64,000 bases of DNA from positions 15,996,001 to 16,060,000 of the forward strand of contig NC_043015.1 in the NCBI RefSeq assembly GCF_006345805.1. The letters are read 5' to 3'. Shown here piece by piece: positions 25,861-36,849 of this stretch. Below the pieces are notes generated by a model, which worked only from the letters and a program-made list of their open reading frames with translations, made no database searches and was not told the DNA's origin. This DNA comes from Octopus sinensis (lineage: Eukaryota). Every line of letters starts with the position of its first letter. Within the stretch, counting starts at the first letter, position 1. The position numbers and the translations under genes were made by a program.

Positions 25861-26318
25861 GTACCAGTGCCGGTGGCACGTGGAACACAAGAAAACCATC
25901 CGAACGTGGCCGTAGCCAGTACCGCATCGACTGGCCTCCGTGCTGTGGGCACGTAACAAACACCATCCGATCGTGGCCGTTTGCCAGCCTCATCTGGCAC
26001 CTGTGTTGGTGGCACATAAAAACACCATCCGAGCGTGGCCGTCTGCCAGCCTCGTCTGGCACCTGTGTCGGTGGCACATAAAAAACACCATCCGAGCGTG
26101 GCCGTTTGCCAGCCTCGTCTGGCACCTGTGTCGGTGGCACATAAAATCACCCACTACACTCTCGGAGTGGTTGGCGTTAGGAAGGGCATCCAGCTGTAGA
26201 AACACTGCCAGATCTGACTGGACTGGTGCAGCTTTCGGGCTCCCCAGACCCCAGTTGAACCGTCCAACCCATGCTAGCATGGAAAGCGGACGTTAAATGA
26301 AGATGATGATGATGATGA
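25861..26318 (+). mobile_element. Young RTE 3'UTR copy with near-identical 62-63 bp tandem units
   Basis: Unit starts at 25961, 26023, 26086 and 26148. CpGs are retained, and the conserved terminus and (GAT)n tail are present. Confidence 0.92.
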
Positions 26319-26499
26319 AGATACACACATATATTCACTCAGAAACCTATTCATGCATTTGTGTGTGCCTATATATATATATGCACACACTTAGACACAT
26401 ATATATACATATACCTATTTGTGAAGGAATATTTGGTTTATTCTCCAAGCCATCATTTATATATTTATATAAAAGAGGGAATACAAAGGAGTGACAGAG

Positions 26500-26735
26500 A
26501 GAGAGGAGAAATGGAAAGACAAGAAAAGACGTCAACAAGAAACTATGACATTACAACCATCCAGGAACAGTCTTCGCTACATTTGCGGCACCTGCCAGAG
26601 AGAGTGTTTGTCCAGGACAGGGCTACACAGCCACAGCAGGAAAAGTATTAGGACATGAAATGTAAAAGCCGGACCAGATTATTTTATGTACAACTCCATT
26701 GTCTCCCGAGACAAAAAGGATGCCAACCAGCTATA
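26500..26735 (+). mobile_element. 3' end of a second RTE (BovB-like) LINE with a C-terminal C2H2 finger
   Basis: YICGTCQRECLSRTGLHSHSRK followed by a stop, then stem-loop TGTCTC-CC-GAGACA at 26700-26713. Confidence 0.7.
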
Positions 26736-27709
26736 AACTAATAACTTCTATGTATAACAAGTAAACAAGTGTGTGATATTAGATTGTATTCATCATTATA
26801 GTCACTACCACCAATTCTGGAAGCCCGTTGCTATGTAACTAAAGTGGAAAGCTGATTCTGTTTTGGGACAATGAAAAAATTATAAAAGGGTGGTACCAGT
26901 TTTTCCCATGATCAACAATAAACTTGTTAAAATAAAATCAGTAATTGCTGGCCCTTATAATATAAGAATATAATGTATAACATAAGTAGTAGATGGGGTC
27001 CTTGAAGAATGGCAAATTAATTGAAGGACATTGGATTAGAGGTTTTTGGTGTTTTTAAATTACTGGGTGTCATGATTCAGCATCTGTTAATACTTCATAA
27101 TGTCTTGCTTATTAAATCTGCAAGCAGGCATTATCTAACATTTGCTAGACTGAGTTCAATGAGAAAGTATCTTAATAATCAGCTTCCCATATGTTAATTT
27201 TATGTACTGTTTTACTATTCATGCTAAAACTCACAACATTTTAGAATTTGTGTATCCTTTGGATGGGAGATAAATGGAAAGACTAAAATTATTAACCATA
27301 TAACATACAAGGAAGCATACAGAATAATTCACATGATTCTTTTATCTCTCCTTTAAAATAAAAGAGAGCACAAAGACAAAGGACAGTTTATAAATTAAAT
27401 GCAATGTCTACAAATTCTCAAGGGACATATGATCTTCATGTTTACTACCATTTTCTATTAAACAAATGAGAATTAGATTTACTCTAAGAAACCCAGTTTG
27501 TTGTGGTTGACATTCCTAGTAAAGATATAATAAAAGAATGGGATATATATATATTTAGAGAGAGAGACAGAGGAAGATTTATGTATATATATAATACTTG
27601 GGTTCTTGGTCCTGGTCATGTCTAATTTAATAGCACCATATATACATAAATACATACATAGATACACACACACACGCACACACACACACACACGCACGCA
27701 CACGCGCAT

Positions 27710-27745
<36 letters not shown>

Positions 27746-28206
27746 ACATAATCATGTATATTGGAAATTTCATGCTGCTAATTAAAATAACACACCGCTA
27801 AAAGTTGTATATTCACTTCAGTTTCATTATCTAATTAACTAATTATTTAATTAATTATTCGTATCTAATTTATTTGATAATTAATTATTAATTAGATGCA
27901 GGCATGGCTGTGTGGTAAGAAGTTTACTCCTTAACCACATGTTTCCATATATGTTTAATTTATATTTATTTATATTCATATTTATATGTATATATTCATA
28001 TATTTTTGTGTGTGTTACGTAATAGTTTAGAAAAAAACCATTGGTTTCCTATCTAGCATGAACTAGACATCTCTTCGGTTTCTCTAAACAATAACTGTTG
28101 TCAGCAAAGAATGTTTGTTTTTAGACATAAGAGCGCCATTGATATTTCAAGAAACATTTCTCTTAAAAAGTCATGGCCAGGTGAGTTGTCATCCTTCACT
28201 TGATAG

Positions 28207-28880
28207 CTAGGTTTTCCAATTTCGAAGTAAAAATTTCCGAAAATGTGTACAACTCGCCACAGCTTTTATTCTTGTGTTTAAGTAGCCTTGTGGCTCATGT
28301 GAGTGCATGAGGATAATATATCTTTCTGCCATACACATTTTACACAACCTTGTTCCATTGTGGTAGGGTCCACAAGTTTCCAGTAATTTCCACCTGATGT
28401 TAAAGGGTGTATGATCGTTCTTTAGGCACCATACATATGCTGTGAGTTTTGTTGTGTTACATCTCTCCAGGACCCCGAAAGAACATCTGTGGTTGTTCAG
28501 GCGAATTTTAAATTTTGATTCACAAGATCCAACATAAATTTTAGTGTATGTCCCAGTATTGGCATTGATGTTACTGATATTTGTAATGTTTCTGTTTGAG
28601 GCCACCTTTGCTAGGTACACTGTTGCCTCAGTGTTACATCAGGCATCCACTGGGCATTCATTTCTAATCCTGCATGAACAACCTGCCTCTGTCCATGGCT
28701 TAGGAGTGCTAAGTAATTTTTTCTCAACACTGATTCTTAAATTATGTCTGTTAAAGATCTTTCTATATTTGTGTGATCACGTGAAAAGCTTATCAACCAA
28801 CCTAAGGAAAATCTTACCTATGCATGTCTGGATGTTTAGGGAGAAGTGGGGAGAGAACCATAAGGTCTTGCAGTGGCACT
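28207..28880 (-). mobile_element. Penelope-like element fragment: RT-EN linker plus GIY-YIG endonuclease
   Basis: LWFSPHFSLNIQTCIGKIFL..KIFNR..CSCRIRNECP..VYLAKV..YVGSCESKFKIRLNNHRCSF..W.LK..CKMCMAERY..LN..CTHFRKFLL. Confidence 0.88.
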
Positions 28881-28919
28881 TCTTTTTATGGTTACTCAAT
28901 AACTCTCTCTCTCTCTCCC

Positions 28920-28976
<57 letters not shown>

Positions 28977-29106
28977 TTTATTGGACCTGCTGATTCAATA
29001 AAACATGTTGATAATCAACCCTAATACTTTGAGTTCTTTATTCAGGGTAGTTCAGCCATGTTCCTCTAAGCAGCTAACTCTAAGACTTACTTGTATACAT
29101 ATGCAT

Positions 29107-29142
<36 letters not shown>

Positions 29143-29871
29143 ATGTAAATATACATGTGCATATGTGTGTGTGAAGAGATAGACACAATTTCCCACTATT
29201 TTATCATTTGTCTGTCTGCATCCGAAACGATTCATCAAACTATCTTTCTCAGTCAGTAATTTTCAACAGGTAAAAAAAAAACGTCTGTGTAACTGATATG
29301 GGTAAGTTTGTTATACTTAAGCTTTGAATCTTAGTTGGAGGAAGTGGAATGCTAAAGATGTCAAAAAACTCTGGCTCCTTTGCTCTCCCCACATACACAG
29401 AGAGAAACACACTCAACAGAAATACAACACACCCAAATTCTAGATGCAACAGAAAGGAAGTTATCTGATATTGCATGCTGAATACTACTCTAGTAGATGG
29501 TCTGTAAAACAGGGAAATGACAGCATTCTTCTATCAGGTTAAATACAAATTAGACATAAGAATCCAGAACACAGAAAGTATTTGCTCAAAGTATGACAGT
29601 AGAGTTTAAAGCTTTTATTATTATAATTATTATTGTTATTATTGCATGTTTCACATTTGTTTCTTATGTATAAGGTCTCCCATTTACTTACAATGTAAAA
29701 GTATTGCAGTTAAGTTTTCTGCAACCTGTTTTGATTCTCAGTTCTCATTTCACTTTAGAGGTACATGAGTATCATTTTACTTTGAAAATTCATATCATTA
29801 ATTTACCATTTCACTGCACCAAATAGAAAAAAGTTTGTCTGGTGACATTTTCTTAGATATCTTGCAAACAA

Positions 29872-30064
29872 CTTGCACATGCAAGTGCTACCAGTTAAAA
29901 GCTCCGTATATCGGAAGCTAGCAAGTGTATGGGGTCATCAGGAGAGAATGCGCGCCGTTTTGGGGCCTACCTCTCGACGGCATCAATGCGCACCGGCCCC
30001 CCTCACTGATATGAGGCCCTGCTTGCTAGATCAGCTGGTTATGAAGAACTCAATATACTTCTAG
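29872..30064. other. Unexplained GC/CpG-rich self-complementary island
   Basis: Several nested and interleaved inverted repeats in an otherwise very AT-rich intron (see findings). Confidence 0.5.
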
Positions 30065-32145
30065 CCATCGCTCTCATACACATAGAATGGAAATTTTTTT
30101 TATTTTAGATTGTATGCTCTCTATCAATTACTATACCCTCTATCAATTACTATACCCTCAATTTAAATCTCACAATTGTTCTTCCATCAGTCCTTGTCTA
30201 ATGATCAATCAATTATTGTTTGTTTTTTTTTTCTTATATTCCAATATTCTCTGAATTCAATCACCTTTTTCTGGAAATAACAAAATCATGTTAAGCACAG
30301 GCTATTTCAAATAGATAACAATCTAGTCCTTTGAAAGTTAGATAGGAACCAAAGTGGTAAAATAGGCAATTATGGCCAAATATAATTCATGCTGCTCAAT
30401 CAGCTTTTTTTTGACTGGCTGTAGTCATTTGTTGATTTTAAACAATTCGCCTATCACCTGTCATTTCTTATTCATTTCCTGATGAATACAGGCAACCAAA
30501 AGGCCAACCAAATGAAACCTGCTCATCTTACATACAGAGAGAGAAACACACACAATGCACATACGTTTGGACCACATGAGACATGGCTCATCATTAGGTG
30601 GACCACACTTCTAAAGAAATTCAAGGTAATTTTTTATTGGTGTGCCATTCAGAAAGTCCCACAGGCTGCAGTTTGCCAATGACTGTTCTAGGGCTATATT
30701 GTTTTTAAGATGGTGGAGTGTGATTTGAGGGTGATTTTTATATATCTAGAAGACTGAACGATCATGCAGAAGTTTTCTGAAATGGTTTCAACCAAATATA
30801 CTCTTTCTCTACAAAGTAATGGTTGTGTGTCTAAATAAGAAATCACTATTCATTGTCCATAGATATTTATAATGGTATGAATCACACAATGCAACAAAAT
30901 TTTTATATTTTTTATTTTTTATTTTTTGTCTTTGGTCAGTAAGTGTTATTCCTATTTGCTTCTATCTAGAAACCAAAAGAAAAGGCTGCTATTCCCTTCA
31001 AATTTTGCTTTTGTGATCTGGACATCAATGTTTTGAAACTGACCTCTTTTCCATTACATTTCAGACAGATTCAGTGCCAAGTTGCTGAAGCAGAAATATC
31101 ATTATAACAAATATTCTACTCACTACTACAGATTTGCTTGTAAGTTGTTTCATCTTAACTACTTGAGCATGTCACTTCGTGACTGACAATACGAGCATCT
31201 CTGATTATGAGCAGGAGTAGCAGAGGAGCATTATGGTAATGTGTTGAAAGGAATGCTTTGGGGTTTGAATAAATGTAACAAAAGCAAAGTGTGAAGAAAA
31301 TATTAACCATTTTTCAGACTTTCTTGAGGTAAACAAATAGGAAATAGCAGTTACTACGCAAGGAAAAATTGTGTTACACAATATTATGTAATCATCCAAT
31401 GATAAATTTATCAGTTTGTAATGAAGTGATTACAAAATCCATATATTTTTCTTAAGTTTCAGGTTTGAACTGTTGCAGTATATTAATGCAATAGCTGATA
31501 TAAGCCTATTTTATTTCATTGCTGTTTTAGAAAACAGACAGTTAGAAGTTAAGCAGAATAAAAAGTTGTTTGATCTAGAAACTGTCAGTATGTAGATGAA
31601 GGATTTTGGACGAGATCCAACTCTGATTTCTGCAGAAAAAGAAATGAACTTTTTAATAGGTTAACTTTGATTTAGATAGGAATCTTCAATCTCCAGACCT
31701 TTACAATTTTTATCCATTTGTATGCTCTTTTCAGATACAATATTTTTTAAAAGCCAAATTAATATTCTCAAGTAGACTCTTAACATAATGTATAGTGACA
31801 TATATTCTTGAGTTACCTTATTTTGTCTATTTCTTCTTAATGAGATAACAGGGTATAGACTGTTCTAGATTCCTACATTCTCTCATTCTAAGACATTCTT
31901 GTATTTTTATACTTCAGTTACTAGTTTGTTTATAACATTTCTATAAGCCAAAATAACAAAATAACTTTTATTTTCAGTCCAGCTTAACGATTCCTAGAAT
32001 TTTACATGTTAGTTTCTCTATTTTTGTATTCTTGTGTCATTGCCATTATCTATATTTATTTTTGTTTTCACTCATTTTAAAATTTTGAATTTCCTTCGAA
32101 TTTCAACTTTGATTCTTCACTCAATTTTATAAGCACATCCTCTGC

Positions 32146-32345
32146 AGTGTCACATAAAAGCGCCCATGAAGTGTCACATAAAGTCATACCCAGTACACTC
32201 CATAAAATGGTTGGCATTGGGAAGAGCATCCAGCAATAGAAACTATGCCAAATCAAACTGGAGTCTGGTGCAGTTCTCCAGCTTGCCAGCTCTGATCAAA
32301 CCTTCCAACCCATACCAACATGGACAATGGATGTTCAATGATATA
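32146..32345 (+). mobile_element. Old, decayed RTE 3' terminus
   Basis: tggttggcattgggaagagcatccagc..gaaac..ccaacccataccaacatgg. Confidence 0.75.
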
Positions 32346-32683
32346 TATATAATCTCTCTCTTTCCTTGAAATTTTTAATGTTTAGTTTCATAGAAACATT
32401 TCTCCCAAATTCATTCCTAGTAATATGAGAAATTTTAATGGGTTACACAGACTTGTAAGTCATCTGTTTTACAGACTTTTCTATTCTTTTCCTTTTTTTG
32501 CTCATTAGACTGTAATTATTTTGGAGTACAATCCTAACAAGAAGAGTTTGAAGAGTAAGAAAATGGACAGAAGACAAAACTTTTGAATTTTAAAACAAGG
32601 AAATAGATACTAAATGAACTGTGATTTAACAAGCTGCACACTTATTCAGAGTCAAAAGTAATTAATGATTGGCTGGTACTTAC

Positions 32684-32737
32684 TCGTTCTCCTTTTGTTC
32701 CATTGCAGAGACATTTAGGTTCACAGCCACTACATGC
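32684..32737 (-). CDS. COL4A1: Collagen type IV alpha1-like, coding exon for the N-terminal 7S Cys cluster (ACSGCEPKCLCNGTKGER), 54 nt, phase 0/0
   Basis: The minus strand reads tttttttgcag|GCA TGT AGT GGC TGT GAA CCT AAA TGT CTC TGC AAT GGA ACA AAA GGA GAA CGA|gtaagt. The C-x2-C-x3-C-x-C-x-G-x-KGER pattern matches my recollection of the alpha1(IV) N-terminus (C. elegans EMB-9 ACKGCAPPCVCPGTKGERG). The symbol indicates an alpha1-type chain, not proven orthology. Confidence 0.88.
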
Positions 32738-33849
32738 CTGCAAAAAAAAACAAAAAAAATGTATTGATATATATATATTTAAAAGAAAAAAACTTGCAGC
32801 TTATTCCAAATTTTTCAAATCCTAACTTTTTAATGTCTGTCATTTTACTTGCATTTTGGTAAACCTAATACAACTATAAAAGGTGATTGCTCAAGGTGTA
32901 ACAAAGAGAAACTAAACATGGAAAAAAGTAGTTTTGAGGCAAACTTCTAAGACACATATTTTTTTTGTCTTATTTCTATTGCAGAATTATAAAATTGTTT
33001 TGTTTCTCTAAAATACACTACAGATAACTGAACAGTGGTTAGAGTTGATCAAAACATACTTTTGTATATTTACATGAAATATAAATAATGAGAGACAATG
33101 AGAAAGAATAAATTTTAGTACAAGTTTTGAACTTATCCAGAGTTCAGTATATTAGTTTTATATATTTACTCAATAATTCAGTTTTACTTGTCAAATATTA
33201 ATAGTTTAACATCAATTTTTCTTTTGTTTTTAGAATTTACAGAATGATTTTGCTTAATTTATTCTTGATACTGTTATTAAATATTACTATATACAGTGGA
33301 AAGTTATACTGTTGTATGTCTTATTAACACAATCAATTAATTTTAGATTTTTTTCTTTTGTTTTGTAGTGAATGGGGTTCTCTGTGAAAACATTGACTCT
33401 TCATCACTTCATTTTTCTTCATTTTCATGATTTTTCAGTGATAACTCTGTATCTTACATATCAAGAAATGAAATATATTATTGAATTATTTCCATTGAAT
33501 TTTACTAATATATTCCATTTCTTGTTTAAATGTAGATAAATGCTGAACACAAAATGTCCACTGGTAAAGACATTGTTCCTATGCAGGAAGAGAAATGGGC
33601 ATGGATGAAACCCATTGATGCATGTTCCTTAGCACTTCCCCCACCCCATTACAGTGTGCCATTTTATAAATCCAAAACTAAACAATATTTCCAATTTTTT
33701 CTTCTTTAAAACAAACAGCAGGTCACTGAAATGCTGTTCCTGTACCTACCGCCAGGCCACCTGCCCTATCACACACACACACACACTTTATTTGTCAAAT
33801 GTTTTAGCATTAACTAGTGAACTCTTTTTACTAGTGTAGAAGAGGCCAA

Positions 33850-34558
33850 ATGACCTTCAAACATTAGGTCTTACTGAAGCAGTGACTGAGACCTTTGGAG
33901 ATATGCTGTGCTTGAGAAGACCTAACAAGCCAAATGAGACCATAAACTGTGTCCTATGCCATTGGGTGTAACCAGCCCACTTATGAGTACCCCTCGTTCA
34001 TTGGACAATAGACTTTGCTTGCGAAGACCTATTGAGGCAAGTGAAATAAAAATCAAAATCAAAAATTGCTGATATGGCCAATTACAGTAACACCTGATTG
34101 GCACTCATGCCAGTGGAACGTTAAAAGCACATCCAAGTGTGATCGTTGCCAGGACCACGGATTGGCACCTGTGCTGGTGGCACATGAAAAGCACCATTCG
34201 ATCGTGATTGTTGCCAGCGTCGCCTTACCAGCATATGTGCCGGTAGCACATGAAAAGTATCATTCGAGTGTGGTCATTGCCAGTGCCACTGGAGTGGCTC
34301 CCATGCAGGTAGCATGTAAAAAACACCTTTTGAGCATGGTTGTTGCTAGAACTGCTTGAATGGTCCTCATGCTGGTGGCACATAAAAGCACCCTCTACAC
34401 TCTCAGAGTGGTTGGCATTAGGAAGGGCATCCAGCTGTAGAAACTTTGCCAGATCAGATTGAGCCTGGTGAAGCCTTCTGGCTCACCAGTCCTCAGTCAA
34501 ACCGTCCAACCCATGCCAGCATGGAAAGCAGCTGTTAAACAATGATGATGATGATGAT
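33850..34558 (+). mobile_element. RTE 3' end: last codons (DLQTLGLTE..YAVLEKT), AAAATC spacer, ~5 diverged tandem units, conserved terminus, (GAT)n
   Basis: Collinear with 2248-2640 and with 25861-26318. Confidence 0.9.
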
Positions 34559-34570
34559 ATATATACATAG

Positions 34571-34630
<60 letters not shown>

Positions 34631-34731
34631 GTATATATATATAGGGAGAGAGAGAGAGAGAGAAAGAGAGAAATGGAGATATATATATATCTTTTTTCCT
34701 CCTTCTTCCTTTTCTATTGTACTTTCCTCCA

Positions 34732-34764
34732 TTTCTGAAGAAAATCTTTGTTCGAAACGTTAAA
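34732..34764 (+). ncRNA. Degenerate minimal hammerhead motif of a second (CTGAAGA) family in pyrimidine-rich Penelope-LTR-like sequence
   Basis: ttt CTGAAGA(34735-34741) aaatctttgttc GAAACGT T aaa; stem II is mismatched. Confidence 0.4.
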
Positions 34765-34991
34765 CCTACTTTCTTTCCTTCCCTGAGCATTTGCTAATAC
34801 TTTACATGCATCACGTCCTTGTATTGTTGTCTTTTTGTGCTTGTTCCTAGCTTGGGGGGATTTTCCTATATATATATGTATATATTTTTAGACATACATA
34901 CATATATATATACATATATATATATATATACATATATACATGGTTGGGTAACCATGCATCTCCTTTACACACCTGTTTCTTCCTCATTCCT

Positions 34992-35026
<35 letters not shown>

Positions 35027-35416
35027 CAAAATAATCTTGTACCTGCTCTACAGCAAGACTCCTGTTATTGTCTCTCTGTCTCACTCTGTCCTTTTATCAT
35101 GTGACTCAAGATCAACTGTTGTCACTGATATATTAATATCAAACCACAACATCACATAAGCTTCTCAACTAATCACAGTCCACCTTATGGTAATAACAAT
35201 CAACTTCTCTCATCCAAATTTAAAATGACAGAAGATTAGCATGACACTTGAAACTCAGAGTACCAATGAATTTGAATCAATCTGTTTTGATCCATACATG
35301 TAATTCCCAATAAATGTGTTGATTTCCCTTCTTTCATTGGACAAATGAAAGAAGGGCACTCATGTACATACATATATATACATACATATATAGATACATA
35401 CACACGTGCGTGTGTG

Positions 35417-35464
<48 letters not shown>

Positions 35465-36322
35465 CTTATTTGGAAATGAATGCATGGCATTCACTTAAAC
35501 AATAATATAAATATATAATTATGCATACGCACACAAACACACACACATACATACACACACATATATATATATACATATGTATGTATGAGTACACGACGTC
35601 ACCAACAGTTAACATGAAATATGAAAACAAATAAGTTAAATACGCAAATGAGAGAAAAAAATGAGACACCACACATCCACTTATAAGTAAGTTTATCTTA
35701 ACCTTTTTGATGTGAATCTACTCTATACTGTTTTCTGCCCCATCCTTCTCTATTCCCTTTTTCTCCCTTTCACCGTTTTCTATCTGTCTCTCTCTTTCCT
35801 CTCTTTTGCTTTTTCTTTCTCTCATTGCTCACATGTGACCATCGTCCATCTTTCTTTTCATCATGTGACCATCTTTCTTTCCTGCATGGAGATTCTAAGG
35901 ACTAACTTCTACAATCTCTCTCTTCTATCTTTTCTCTTTTCAAAGAAAAATTTTCTCTCAGCATTCACTATTTTACCCTCATTCTAGTCTAACGACCCAC
36001 CATGTTTGCTTTTGTTCGGTTTCCTTGTATATTTCCACTGTCCTGTTTTTTATTCCCAACTTTGACCCTCCATAAATTCAAGGTTTTATTTTAGTATTTA
36101 TGGGAGCAACTGTCTTCAAAGACTCATGTTGTCCTTGGTTGCTCGAAATGGGAGTAAATAGATAGCCAATAACTGATGAAGGTCGTTCTTTGCATTCTTT
36201 GTATTATTTGTCCTGTTTGCCATATTTTTCTCTCATTGTTTGTGTATTTAACTCATTTGTTTTCATATTTCATGTTGTTTACTGTTGGTGATGTCCTGTA
36301 CCCATACATGCATATGTATATA

Positions 36323-36362
<40 letters not shown>

Positions 36363-36484
36363 TATATATTTAATTGGTTGCGAATGATCCGTGTATCTTG
36401 TTTTGTCCTGTTTGCCATGGTTGTGCTATCGTCTTTTCTTGCTTGTTATGTTTTGACAATTTCCACTTGTGTTTTTTACCTTTG

Positions 36485-36519
<35 letters not shown>

Positions 36520-36523
<4 letters not shown>

Positions 36524-36845
36524 TGCATGTGTAAGAGGCTCACTTCTCAACCATATGGTTTCATGTTCAGTTACACTATGTGGCATTTTAGTAGTTGTCT
36601 TTTTCTGTAGCCCTAGACTGATTAAAGCCTTGTGAATGCCTTTGCCAGATGGAAATTGAAAGAATTCTATCTTATACATAAGCATATATGTGCATGTGTG
36701 TGTCTTTGTGTTTGTGTGTACCCATGTGGCTGTAAATGAACATTGCTGTCATACAAGTGATGTTTGTTTCTAGTTTTCTGTGAAGTACATGTCTAGCCAA
36801 AGGAAAATATTACCTTGCTTAGAGGTGAGGTTGGAAAACGGTCAG
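36520..36845 (+). mobile_element. Decayed tRNA-headed SINE with family 2 body
   Basis: The head resembles family 1 (gtaagaggctcacttctcaaccatatgg..ttcagtt); the body resembles 22380-22470 and 52850-52930. Confidence 0.6.
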
Positions 36846-36849
36846 GATG

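Noticed and set aside
25895-26160. CRISPR-like regular repeat array
   Set aside because: The units are contiguous with no unique spacers, there are no cas genes, and the array belongs to a eukaryotic LINE 3'UTR.
29940-30006. HDV/CPEB3-like ribozyme (the minus strand begins GGGGGCC and has a matching GGCCCC)
   Set aside because: L3 is not pyrimidine-rich, no G(G) follows P1' to form P1.1, and there is no P4 or catalytic-C junction. The plus-strand mapping also fails. The segment is kept only as an unexplained structured island.
36105-36185. GAAA...CTGATGA arrangement as a type II hammerhead; similar isolated CTGATGA/CTGAAGA at ~7425, ~11808 and ~30480
   Set aside because: The required stems do not pair, or one core box is missing.
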